From Oscillospiraceae bacterium (GTDB lineage: Bacteria; Bacillota; Clostridia; Oscillospirales; Ruminococcaceae), in the NCBI GenBank assembly GCA_045602925.1, contig JAZSCN010000041.1, positions 144,290-184,289 on the forward strand: a stretch of 40,000 bases of DNA, in the 5' to 3' direction. The notes beneath the pieces were generated by a model. It had not been told where the DNA came from. It saw only the letters and a program-made list of their open reading frames with translations, and ran no database searches. The translations under genes were made by a program, and so were the position numbers. Positions 9,428 through 17,031 of the stretch are shown in pieces (within the stretch, counting starts at the first letter, position 1; the number at the start of each line of letters is the position of its first letter).

Positions 9428-9856
9428 ATGTCAACTTACATGCCAAAGGCAAACGACATTAACCGCACATGGTACATCCTTGATGCAGAGGGCGTTTCTC
9501 TCGGTAGAGTTGCAGCAAAGGCTGCTACAATTCTCAGAGGCAAGCACAAGCCAACATTCGCTCCTCACGCTGATTGTGGTGACTATGTAATCATCATCAA
9601 CACAGACAAGGCTGTTCTCACAGGCAAGAAGCTTGATCAGAAGTACTACAGATGGCACACAGGCTGGATTGGCGGCCTTAAGGAAATCAAGTACGACAAG
9701 CTTATGGCTGAGCAGTCAGACAGAGCTATGACTATCGCTGTTACAGGCATGCTCCCAAACAACACACTCGGCCGCAAGGCTGCTACACGTCTCAGAGTTT
9801 TCAAGGGTGCTGAACACAATCAGGCATCAAGAAACCCTGTAAAGTGCGATTTCTAA
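9428..9856 (+). CDS. rplM: 50S ribosomal protein L13
   Basis: [20 protein letters not shown]...; GGAGGA SD precedes ATG 9428. Confidence 0.93.
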   Translation: MSTYMPKANDINRTWYILDAEGVSLGRVAAKAATILRGKHKPTFAPHADCGDYVIIINTDKAVLTGKKLDQKYYRWHTGWIGGLKEIKYDKLMAEQSDRAMTIAVTGMLPNNTLGRKAATRLRVFKGAEHNQASRNPVKCDF

Positions 9857-9872
9857 GAAAGGAGCTATGAAT

Positions 9873-10274
9873 ATGTACGAATCAAAGACAGCATACTACT
9901 ACGGAACAGGCAGAAGAAAGCACTCCGTTGCAAGAGTTAGAGTTTATCCAGGCTCCGGTAACATCACAATCAACGGCAGAGCAATCGACGATTACTTTGG
10001 TCTTGAAACACTCAAGCTTATCGTTCGTCAGCCACTCGCTCTCACAAACAACACAGAAAACTTCGACGTTGTTTGCACAGTAGCAGGCGGCGGCGTTACA
10101 GGTCAGGCTGGTGCTATCAGACACGGTATCTCAAGAGCTCTCCTTCAGTTCAACGGCGAGCTCCGTCCAGAACTCAAGAAGGCTGGCTTCCTCACTCGTG
10201 ACCCAAGAATGAAGGAAAGAAAGAAGTACGGTCTCAAGGCTGCACGTCGTGCTCCACAGTTCTCAAAGAGATAA
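9873..10274 (+). CDS. rpsI: 30S ribosomal protein S9
   Basis: ...[19 protein letters not shown]...[10 protein letters not shown] prefer ATG 9873, which lies 8 nt after AAAGGAG. Confidence 0.93.
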   Translation: MYESKTAYYYGTGRRKHSVARVRVYPGSGNITINGRAIDDYFGLETLKLIVRQPLALTNNTENFDVVCTVAGGGVTGQAGAIRHGISRALLQFNGELRPELKKAGFLTRDPRMKERKKYGLKAARRAPQFSKR

Positions 10275-10277
10275 TTA
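10260..10277 (+). repeat. attL core (TTCTCAAAGAGATAATTA)
   Basis: Identical to 17173-17190. It contains the last rpsI codons and the TAA stop. Confidence 0.8.
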
Positions 10278-10332
10278 TTTTATCAAGAAAATGGCTTGTT
10301 TACAGGGTTTTCGCCTTGTTGCAAGCCTTTTT

Positions 10333-10351
10333 TGATGTCCGTTTGATGTCC
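10333..10351 (+). repeat. Two direct TGATGTCC copies (candidate integrase arm-type sites, attL side)
   Basis: TGATGTCC at 10333-10340 and 10344-10351, about 55 bp inside attL. Confidence 0.55.
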
Positions 10352-10370
10352 GAACGGTCAAAAAACATAA

Positions 10371-10411
10371 AAAATCAGCGGTTAAGGTGTAAATCCTCAA
10401 CCGCTTTTTTT
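10371..10411. terminator. Bidirectional terminator at the distal end of the island operon
   Basis: AGCGGTT / AACCGCT stem flanked by an A-run and a T-run. Confidence 0.65.
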
Positions 10412-10416
10412 GTTGC

Positions 10417-10656
10417 TTATCGGTTAGTTTCGATAAAGTATTTTACAAGGTCAGGCAAAATGCCCTGCCGTGATACATCACCGATAAATGATACATCGGT
10501 TATCTTTGGCGGTGTCTTACCGTTGGTGTAAAAGTTCAAAACATCAATAATCTTTAACCGCTCTTTTCTTCCGTCATTGTATGTAATATCAGCCCACACA
10601 TCACGGAAAAATTCTTTTTCAAGCTCTGTAAGTCTTTTAATTATTGGCTTGTTCAT
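10417..10656 (-). CDS. Island small protein D (79 aa), member of the MxKxI[IL]x[KR]LxxLE family
   Basis: GAGAGGA SD 7 nt upstream. N-terminus is MNKPIIKRLTELEKE. Resembles protein C along its length. Confidence 0.65.
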   Translation of the reverse strand: MNKPIIKRLTELEKEFFRDVWADITYNDGRKERLKIIDVLNFYTNGKTPPKITDVSFIGDVSRQGILPDLVKYFIETNR

Positions 10657-10861
10657 AAGCTATCCTCTCAATTCTGTTCAATATCCTTTGCACATCGTCA
10701 AGGCTGTTCCCACTTATTACACGGATAAAGCTTGCATTTGGGCTTGCCTCAAGCTCGTCAACGGTGCATTGCTTTTCCACTCCGTCAAAGTCTGCAAGGA
10801 TAACAAGCTTATCAGGTGCTATCTGTTCAAGCTTTCTCAATCTCTCGATTATGCTTTTCAT
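10637..10861 (-). CDS. Island small protein C (74 aa), same family
   Basis: I place the start at MKSIIERLRKLEQ (ATG 10861) after a GAGGGGG SD. It overlaps the start of D by 20 nt. Confidence 0.6.
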   Translation of the reverse strand: MKSIIERLRKLEQIAPDKLVILADFDGVEKQCTVDELEASPNASFIRVISGNSLDDVQRILNRIERIAYEQANN

Positions 10862-10976
10862 CGTCTGCCCCCTCATCATCTCCGAAAATTTCTCTTTCAT
10901 ACATTGAAATATCTTCGATTTCGATTATCTCGTCATTTTCCAACATTTCAAGGCGTTTCAAAATATCCTTTGCCAT
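10827..10976 (-). CDS. Island small protein B (49 aa, acidic), same N-terminal motif
   Basis: Not in the supplied track (<60 aa). ATG 10976 follows a GCGAGGA SD. Translation is MAKDILKRLEMLENDEIIEIED.... It overlaps C by 35 nt. Confidence 0.4.
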   Translation of the reverse strand: MAKDILKRLEMLENDEIIEIEDISMYEREIFGDDEGADDEKHNREIEKA

Positions 10977-11138
10977 TTAGTCCTCGCTTTCAAAATCGTG
11001 TATATTTCTGTTTGGCTGTGGGTTTTCTATCAAGTATTGAATATAGTTCAAAAACTCTTGATGTCTTTTTTCCGTTTCCTCGTCAATGAGCTTTTGTTCT
11101 TTCATTTCCTTGAGCTTTTTCAATATGGCTTTATTCAT
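10977..11138 (-). CDS. Island small protein A (53 aa), same N-terminal motif
   Basis: Not in the track. ATG 11138 overlaps the upstream TAA (TAATG) and follows an AAGGTGAG SD. Translation is MNKAILKKLKEMKEQKLIDEE.... Its stop abuts the ATG of B. Confidence 0.55.
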   Translation of the reverse strand: MNKAILKKLKEMKEQKLIDEETEKRHQEFLNYIQYLIENPQPNRNIHDFESED

Positions 11139-11827
11139 TAGTCGCTCACCTTGATATAAAACTTTTCCGCTTCAGATGTGATTTTATCTGCCGTTTCTTC
11201 ATAAAGTCTTGCAATACCTGTTGCACCTGCGAAAACCTGTTCTTTGTCCCTGCGGTCTTTGTCTGCTCTGACGGCTCTTGTACTCCACAAAATAAGGTCG
11301 TTTATCGGTCTTATATAAGGGAATGAGGCTTCTTTACATTTGATAGCAAAACTTCCCATTTTTCTATCTATTGTGTCGCTGATATTTGCTCTTTCTTCCG
11401 CATATTTGCCGATAATTCTTAACATAGTGATATTATCAGCAAAACCATCTGCAAGGTCTATCAATTCATTATCTTTGAGAACACCGCTTTTGAGTAGTTC
11501 AAGTGTAGGCATATCAATCATTGAGGCTGTCGCTCTGTTGTACGGCTCAAAGATTTCAACACATTCTTGCTTGATTGCTTCAAATTCTGCTCTTGCTCTG
11601 TCCTCAACGCTTTCAAAAGCAATACGGAGCTGTTTCATTTCCTCATCGTGCTTGATTGAGGCTTCCTGTTTCTCTCTTGCATTACTCCAACCTCTGCGGA
11701 GTTCTTCGTTCCATTTCTTTTTACCCTCAATAAGAGCATTACCAAGTGTTACATATTCCTCTCTATATTTCGGATATGCGTTTCTTATTCTGTCTGTAAA
11801 TTCCTTAACATTTCTATACTGTGCCAT
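11138..11827 (-). CDS. Island 229-aa helical protein, unknown function
   Basis: AGGAG SD. Charged, helix-rich composition with no motif I recognise. Confidence 0.7.
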   Translation of the reverse strand: MAQYRNVKEFTDRIRNAYPKYREEYVTLGNALIEGKKKWNEELRRGWSNAREKQEASIKHDEEMKQLRIAFESVEDRARAEFEAIKQECVEIFEPYNRATASMIDMPTLELLKSGVLKDNELIDLADGFADNITMLRIIGKYAEERANISDTIDRKMGSFAIKCKEASFPYIRPINDLILWSTRAVRADKDRRDKEQVFAGATGIARLYEETADKITSEAEKFYIKVSD

Positions 11828-11848
11828 AGTTCAAAATCTCCTTATAAT

Positions 11849-12211
11849 TTAATTATTCATACTTTTTTCAAGTTCTTCAATTCTTGAAATTATGTCTGCC
11901 TGTTCGGTGTATTTCAGGCAATTTTGCAATATCAGAGCAGAGGCATTTAATCGCACCTGTGGAGCGGTGTCCGTATCTTCCATAATGCCCCTGATTGTGT
12001 CAACCGCCTTTGTCAATGTTGCTTGTAATGTATTGCAAGCCTCATTCAATACAAGAGAACGCCTGCGGTCATATTCTGCCTTGAATGTTTCGTCAGCAAG
12101 CCTATTGTAAATCGTGGTACGGCTTACGCATGAAATTTTCTCGGCTTCCGCTATGCTTCCACACGATAACAGAGCGGTCAAGATGTGTTCGTCTTTTGGT
12201 TTCAATTCCAT
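11849..12211 (-). CDS. HTH protein resembling the N-terminal DNA-binding module of small terminase subunits
   Basis: LKPKDEHILTALLSCGSIAEAEKISCVSRTTIYNRLADETFKAEYDRRR follows the pattern of TerS N-termini (LTxKQxxF...G..t.Aa..aG.S..TaY..l..p.v...i), followed by a helical oligomerisation-like tail. Confidence 0.65.
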   Translation of the reverse strand: MELKPKDEHILTALLSCGSIAEAEKISCVSRTTIYNRLADETFKAEYDRRRSLVLNEACNTLQATLTKAVDTIRGIMEDTDTAPQVRLNASALILQNCLKYTEQADIISRIEELEKSMNN

Positions 12212-12215
12212 TCAA

Positions 12216-12548
12216 TCACCCCTTATTTTGTGCGATTTTTCGCTGATATGTAAAGATTTTACCTGCTGTTTTGTCATACACTCGCAAGCCTGACGGAATA
12301 ATCTCGATTTTTATTGTATCGGTGTCAACTGATGTATAAGGCTCGGAAACGCTTTCAGAACGCTTTACACGGACGGAGCGGAAAGAGTATTCCTTATCTG
12401 CTACAAGGTCAGAAACAAGCGTTATATTGCCCTCTCGTGTGATTGTAACGCTATCACTCTGATATAGTGTTTTCGGCTCATTGTTGCACCCTGCAAACAA
12501 CATCAAACACACACATACAAGCAACGCAAAAGCAATTTTACTTTTCAT
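12216..12548 (-). CDS. Island lipoprotein (110 aa)
   Basis: Signal peptide with lipobox: MKSKIAFALLVCVCLMLFAG-C. Confidence 0.75.
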   Translation of the reverse strand: MKSKIAFALLVCVCLMLFAGCNNEPKTLYQSDSVTITREGNITLVSDLVADKEYSFRSVRVKRSESVSEPYTSVDTDTIKIEIIPSGLRVYDKTAGKIFTYQRKIAQNKG

Positions 12549-12687
12549 CTGTATTCACTCCCTTTTTGAGTTCTCGTATTTCGGCTTTTAGTCGATTGAT
12601 TTCTTTTCTTTGCTCATTCCATTTATGCTCCCATTGTTTGATTTTATCATTCAAAAGGTCTATGAGCATTTTGTCATAGTCTGTCAT
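12538..12687 (-). CDS. Island 49-aa coiled-coil-like protein
   Basis: Not in the track. A GAGGTGA SD precedes ATG 12687. Translation is MTDYDKMLIDLLNDKIKQWEHKWNEQRKEINRLKAEIRELKKGVNTDEK. Its stop overlaps the lipoprotein start. Confidence 0.45.
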   Translation of the reverse strand: MTDYDKMLIDLLNDKIKQWEHKWNEQRKEINRLKAEIRELKKGVNTDEK

Positions 12688-12692
12688 CTATT

Positions 12693-12905
12693 TCACCTCG
12701 CTAACATTTGGATTTGTTTATTATTCAAAAATTTTCGTTTGCGTATATAGTCAACGGCTTCATCATATTCAGGAAAATAATGTCCGTTTCCTGCAAACTG
12801 TACGCACCATTCAGCATAATCAGGCGGTGAATAGTCTTGTATTCTTTGCAACCACACTATACAGCCCTTATGCGTGCATATTTTCTCTTGTGATAGAATA
12901 ACCAT
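12693..12905 (-). CDS. Island 70-aa protein, unknown function
   Basis: I place the start at MVILSQEK (ATG 12905) after a GAGAGGTG SD. The longer track ORF would begin inside the iterons and has no SD. Confidence 0.55.
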   Translation of the reverse strand: MVILSQEKICTHKGCIVWLQRIQDYSPPDYAEWCVQFAGNGHYFPEYDEAVDYIRKRKFLNNKQIQMLAR

Positions 12906-12922
12906 TGTTTCACCTCTCTGTC

Positions 12923-13039
12923 GGTTACAGAGGTTACAAGAGTTACGCATTTTTCCATAGAGTATATAATCATAAATATATTATTTTATTTTTTATAGAT
13001 ACTCCATAGGATTTTACTGTAACGCCTGTAACCTGTAAC
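12923..13039. repeat. Candidate replication origin: inverted sets of GTTAC iterons flanking an AT-rich core
   Basis: GGTTACAG, GGTTACAA and AGTTACG at 12923-12947. Opposite them, CTGTAAC x3 at 13017-13039. A ~65-bp AT-rich stretch lies between, directly downstream of the replicase gene. Confidence 0.5.
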
Positions 13040-13045
13040 CGTATA

Positions 13046-15112
13046 TTAAATATGATGGACAAAATTATAATTGCGTTTCGGTAACACTCTCAATCTTTGA
13101 GTTTTGCCGTCAATCTTTCGGATTTCCGCGTTATATCCCATTTTATCAAGCACTTTTCCGATTTGAGCAGAGGAATAGGCTCGGAGTTCATCGGAGTATA
13201 ACTGCTTAAAATCTGTAACGGTCATATATAACCACTCGATTTTATACCTTGCATTATCGGATTGATTGAGAATGTCCTCAATTTCGTTTTCGCCTTTGAG
13301 TTTCTTTTCGTGATTGGCGTTTCTCTCTGCAAGTTGCTTTTGTTCAGCCTGTGTCAATCTAAATCCCTGAATATCATTCAACGCCATTTGCTCGATTTGT
13401 TTCCACAACTGCACAGCATTAAAATCACGCAAGCGGTCAAGGTCGATTTTATCAATTCTAACCGTGAGAAAACGCCTATTTCCCGTGTTATCTATAAGAA
13501 ATTCATCACTATTACAAGTACCGCAAAGGCTTGTCCGTCTTAAAGCTCGAATGTTATCTCTGGCGTACGGTCTTCTGTACTCATCAACCGAATTTGTGAT
13601 AAATGCTTTCAGGCGTTCAATATCGCTTCTGAATGTGCTTTCGATTTCGCCCATTTCAGCTATCCAACAGGACAGAGCTTTTATATAACTGTCCTTATCT
13701 CTAAAATCAATGCAAACACCCTCTTTGAAAAATTGCGGTTTTAGTGCTAACTTTCGGAAAAGAGAGGTTTTGCCAATTCCTTGTTTACCTGTGATTACAA
13801 GAACGCCGTCCGCTCCGAATGGCTCTGTTTCATCATTATGTAACAGAGATATGCTTTGCCATAACCATTTTTTAATAAGTGTACGGCTCAATTCGTCATC
13901 ATCGGCAATATGTAGAATAGAATACAATTCCGAAAGATAGTCCCTGCCGTCATATTCGCAAGAGTTCAGCAATTCAATCACAGGATTGTATCTGTTGCGG
14001 CTTGCCACTATGTCAAGGTATGCGGATATAATTTGCATATTGCACCGCTTGTAATTGTCCTGTAACTCACTATACAGAATTGCTGATATATTGGAATGCA
14101 AACGCTCTTGACTTTCGCCCTGCATACCCTCAATGTCAATAAGCTGTGTAACATCGTTTAACCGTACTGTAACACCGTTTTCGGTCAGGTAGTCAGATAA
14201 TACTTCAGGTGTAAATAAATCGCTTGTATCGTCTTTTTGAGGCTCTTTTCTTGGTCTGCCTCTGCCTTTGTAATACTCGCCCCCACACAGAGCAACAGCC
14301 TTTGATATTGTTGCTTCTCGATAGTCTGCACGCTCCCATTTTTGACGGTATAAAGCACTACCTCGAAAAGCTGTGTCAATGGCGTTTGTATCGCCTTGTA
14401 GGTAGAATGCAAGTATATTACAAAGGGCTATGTCTGCGGAGCTTTCATCGTTGTTATACGCCGATATATCGCCCCTGTCATATAAAGCAATAAACTTTGC
14501 ACCATTCTTTGATTTCCTTGCTATATCAAGTATATTTTTACTCAATCGTTCACCGCCTTTATACATATACTTTTCTATGAAATATAGGATTTCTTCGGTC
14601 TTGTCCGTTATTGTTTCGGTGTCGGATACTCTATCACCTGTAAATGTAAAATATCTGTTTGTTAATCCGCTGAAATAACATTCAAGCCCATTTTTCGGAT
14701 TTTTTTGATAATACTTTGTATCAAGCTTTTCCGCTCCGCTCTTGTTTGTGGTCTTGGGTATTCTTGACATATCGCACCTGAACAGGATATGAAAACCGCT
14801 TCCGCTCGGAGATCTTTCGATATATGTCCCCTCAAAGAGTTGCAGTATCTCATTTTGGAAAGGGTTTGACTTTGTGTGTCCGTCTGTTCCGTCAATATCA
14901 ATTCCGCAAATACCATTTGCAAACACAAAACCAATACCGCTATACTTGGGCTTTGCTTTTTCTGATACAGAATAATCATTCCAAGTTGACGGTAAATCAG
15001 TCTTTGCTTTACCGCCTGTTTTTGCGTTATATGGTATCTTTGTCGGTCTGCCGTCTTTGTCGGTTTCATAACGCCAACATAACCACACACTTTGAGTTTT
15101 CAAGTCATTCAA
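13046..15112 (-). CDS. Bifunctional primase-polymerase (PrimPol) N-domain fused to a VirE/D5-like P-loop NTPase (island replicase)
   Basis: 688 aa with a TTG start after GGCGGTG. Motifs: GIDIDG, SPSGSGFHILF and Walker A GKQGIGKTS. Confidence 0.85.
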   Translation of the reverse strand: MNDLKTQSVWLCWRYETDKDGRPTKIPYNAKTGGKAKTDLPSTWNDYSVSEKAKPKYSGIGFVFANGICGIDIDGTDGHTKSNPFQNEILQLFEGTYIERSPSGSGFHILFRCDMSRIPKTTNKSGAEKLDTKYYQKNPKNGLECYFSGLTNRYFTFTGDRVSDTETITDKTEEILYFIEKYMYKGGERLSKNILDIARKSKNGAKFIALYDRGDISAYNNDESSADIALCNILAFYLQGDTNAIDTAFRGSALYRQKWERADYREATISKAVALCGGEYYKGRGRPRKEPQKDDTSDLFTPEVLSDYLTENGVTVRLNDVTQLIDIEGMQGESQERLHSNISAILYSELQDNYKRCNMQIISAYLDIVASRNRYNPVIELLNSCEYDGRDYLSELYSILHIADDDELSRTLIKKWLWQSISLLHNDETEPFGADGVLVITGKQGIGKTSLFRKLALKPQFFKEGVCIDFRDKDSYIKALSCWIAEMGEIESTFRSDIERLKAFITNSVDEYRRPYARDNIRALRRTSLCGTCNSDEFLIDNTGNRRFLTVRIDKIDLDRLRDFNAVQLWKQIEQMALNDIQGFRLTQAEQKQLAERNANHEKKLKGENEIEDILNQSDNARYKIEWLYMTVTDFKQLYSDELRAYSSAQIGKVLDKMGYNAEIRKIDGKTQRLRVLPKRNYNFVHHI

Positions 15113-15127
15113 TAACTGTTCACCGCC

Positions 15128-15316
15128 TTACTGCTTAACTGTTAAGCTCTGCAACATTTCAACGGTCTTTTCATAATTGATTAGTGCCTTTTTTCCGATA
15201 TAGAGAACAGGCAACTTGTTTTGTTTTACCATCAATCTGATTGCGTGTTCTGTGAGTATTCCTGTTTTCGCAAGCTCTCTCACCGTCATCATTGTTACTT
15301 TGTTTTCCTGCGTCAT
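15128..15316 (-). CDS. Small HTH DNA-binding protein (excisionase/MerR-like HTH_17 type)
   Basis: I place the start at MTQENKVTMMTVRELAKTGILTEHAIRLMVKQNKLPVLYIGKK after an AAAGGAG SD. 62 aa. Confidence 0.75.
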   Translation of the reverse strand: MTQENKVTMMTVRELAKTGILTEHAIRLMVKQNKLPVLYIGKKALINYEKTVEMLQSLTVKQ

Positions 15317-15345
15317 TGTTTTTACTCCTTTACAAATATTTTTTT

Positions 15346-15383
15346 GCAAAAGAAAAGAGAACAACGTTTTTTGCGTTGCTCTC
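15346..15383 (-). terminator. Intrinsic terminator inside the island operon leader, just upstream of the HTH gene SD
   Basis: Minus-strand RNA: GAGAGCAACG-caaaaaa-CGTTGTTCTC, 10 bp with one G-U pair, followed by TTTTCTTTT. The same position would be an A-C mismatch in the plus sense. Confidence 0.7.
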
Positions 15384-15483
15384 TAAAAACAAAGAGGACA
15401 ACACAAAATAGAATACACCAAAAAGGTGTCGACAAGCTCGTGAGTATTACGCTCGTTGGCTCGTTCTATTCTGTGTTCCCCTC
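15384..15483 (-). promoter_or_regulatory. Long leader hairpin with a U-tract (second terminator-like structure)
   Basis: 20-nt arms at 15394-15413 and 15464-15483. They pair 19/20 including 2 G-U in the minus sense, but only 17/20 in the plus sense. On the minus strand TTTGTTTTT follows. Confidence 0.55.
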
Positions 15484-15686
15484 ATACATTTTACGTTTTA
15501 TTTAATGTGGTTTAACTATCCACTATGTAGCCCATCTATTTTTTGTCGGAAAGGAAGCGACAATTTTTCGGTAAAACACTCGTAATAGCAATGATACTTG
15601 ATTGTATCAATATTTACCGCCTAATTTTACGACATTGGGGTTGTCGTTTGGGAACGAAAACTGTTCAATATTCTTTTGTTATTTGT

Positions 15687-15715
15687 ATTATATCACAATA
15701 TTTTTTATTTGTCAA
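15687..15715 (-). promoter_or_regulatory. Consensus sigma-A promoter driving the island minus-strand operon
   Basis: On the minus strand: TTGACA, a 17-nt spacer, then TATAAT. Confidence 0.7.
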
Positions 15716-15822
15716 GCGTTTTGTCTTAAAAAATACAATATATTGTGTTTTTGTTGGTTTGGTTGAAAAATGTATATACAATATATACGATTTTGTTGCA
15801 TTATATATAGCATATTATCTTA

Positions 15823-15851
15823 TTGACAAATTATAAGAGATAATATATAAT
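15823..15851 (+). promoter_or_regulatory. Consensus sigma-A promoter for int
   Basis: TTGACA (15823-15828), a 17-nt spacer, then TATAAT (15846-15851), 40 nt before the int ATG. Confidence 0.7.
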
Positions 15852-15891
15852 AATATAAAACGATATTAAAAGATATTAGAGAGGTGAAAAA

Positions 15892-17031
15892 ATGGCAACA
15901 ATAAATAAGCGTGGCAACACATTTCAAATTGTGGTTTCTCTCGGTCTTGATGTGAACGGAAAGAAAATCAGAAAAACAACTACATATAAACCGCCTGAAA
16001 ATACTACACCGAAAAAGGCTGAAAAACTCGCACAAGAGTTTGCAGTTGAATTTGAGCGTAAATGTAGAGGTCTTTCCTCATTGAATGAAAATATGCGGTT
16101 TTCTGAAATGGCTGAATGGTTTATTGATAACTACGCAAAAAACAAGTTAAAGCCGATAACCGCCTACAACTACGAAAAGCAAATAAAAAACAATTTGCTC
16201 CCTGAATTAGGAAACATCAAACTCAAAGATTTTACCCCTGCAAAGATTACAGCGTTTTTCAAGACTCGTACTTATCAGCCTGCGACTTGTCGCAAAGTAT
16301 ATGTTATTTTGCAAAGTGTTTTTGCTCGTGCTGTGGAGCAAGGTTTCATCAAAGAAACGCCCTGCACAAAGGCGGTTATATTGCCAAAAGCGGAAACAGC
16401 AAAAGAAAAAAAGCCTTTTCTTGACGAAAATCAAGCAAAAGACTTGTTAAAAATGGTTGAGGATAACACACAATTCAACCGCATTATAAAAGTATTGTTA
16501 TTTACAGGTATGCGTTCGGGTGAGTGCTTGGCTCTCCGTTGGCAAGATATAGACTTTGAAAATAAAACAATACACATTGAAAACACTTTAACAGATGTGG
16601 GCGGTAAACATTGGCTTCAACCGCCTAAAACAGCAACAAGTAACAGATATATTGCTTTATCTGATATTTTGGCTGATATATTCAGAGAACAGAAAAAGTA
16701 TAATGATGAAAAGTTGAGCAAACTCGGAAAATTATATACTTATCCTGAAATGGTATTTACAACAGAGAGCGGAAATTTTGTTGATAGGTCAGGACTCAAC
16801 ACACAATTCAGACGATTTGTAAAAGGTACAGACTTTGACTTTATCACTTTGCATAGTTTACGCCATTGCAACGCAACACTTTTGATAAACAGCGGTATTG
16901 ACTTAAAAATTGTAAGTGAGTTGCTCGGTCATTCAGATGTATCAACCACAGCGAATGTATATGCAGATGTTTTGAAAAGCTCAAAGGCAAAAGTTGCTGA
17001 TTTGATTTCCTTAAAACTGAATGGAAATTGA
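15892..17031 (+). CDS. int: Tyrosine recombinase / phage-type integrase with N-terminal arm-binding domain
   Basis: 379 aa. Motifs: R in LLFTGMRSGE, HSLRHCNATLL, LGHSDVSTTANVYADV. N-terminus MATINKRGNTFQIVVSLG is arm-type. GAGAGGTG SD. Confidence 0.92.
   Translation: MATINKRGNTFQIVVSLGLDVNGKKIRKTTTYKPPENTTPKKAEKLAQEFAVEFERKCRGLSSLNENMRFSEMAEWFIDNYAKNKLKPITAYNYEKQIKNNLLPELGNIKLKDFTPAKITAFFKTRTYQPATCRKVYVILQSVFARAVEQGFIKETPCTKAVILPKAETAKEKKPFLDENQAKDLLKMVEDNTQFNRIIKVLLFTGMRSGECLALRWQDIDFENKTIHIENTLTDVGGKHWLQPPKTATSNRYIALSDILADIFREQKKYNDEKLSKLGKLYTYPEMVFTTESGNFVDRSGLNTQFRRFVKGTDFDFITLHSLRHCNATLLINSGIDLKIVSELLGHSDVSTTANVYADVLKSSKAKVADLISLKLNGN

Noticed and set aside
10342-10354. 13-bp repeat TTTGATGTCCGAA (also at 17047-17059) as the true att core instead of the rpsI repeat
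   Set aside because: It is part of a multi-copy octamer array (2 + 3 copies) lying inside the longer 18-bp rpsI-end duplication. The rpsI duplication together with the displaced terminator explains the junctions better, so I interpret these as arm sites.
14662-15090. 142-aa ORF and other >60-aa ORFs inside or antisense to long genes (for example 8122..8607, 11340..11852, 25129..25614, 34171..34752, 23446..24018)
   Set aside because: All are embedded in or mirror well-supported genes, lack SD sequences and have skewed compositions. I treat them as shadow ORFs.
15543-15836. 97-aa ORF in the int/operon intergenic region as a possible island repressor
   Set aside because: It has a TTG start with no SD and an AT-rich, Phe/Ile/Tyr-biased, low-complexity translation. 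It also overlaps two consensus promoters and the leader hairpins, so it is more likely noncoding.
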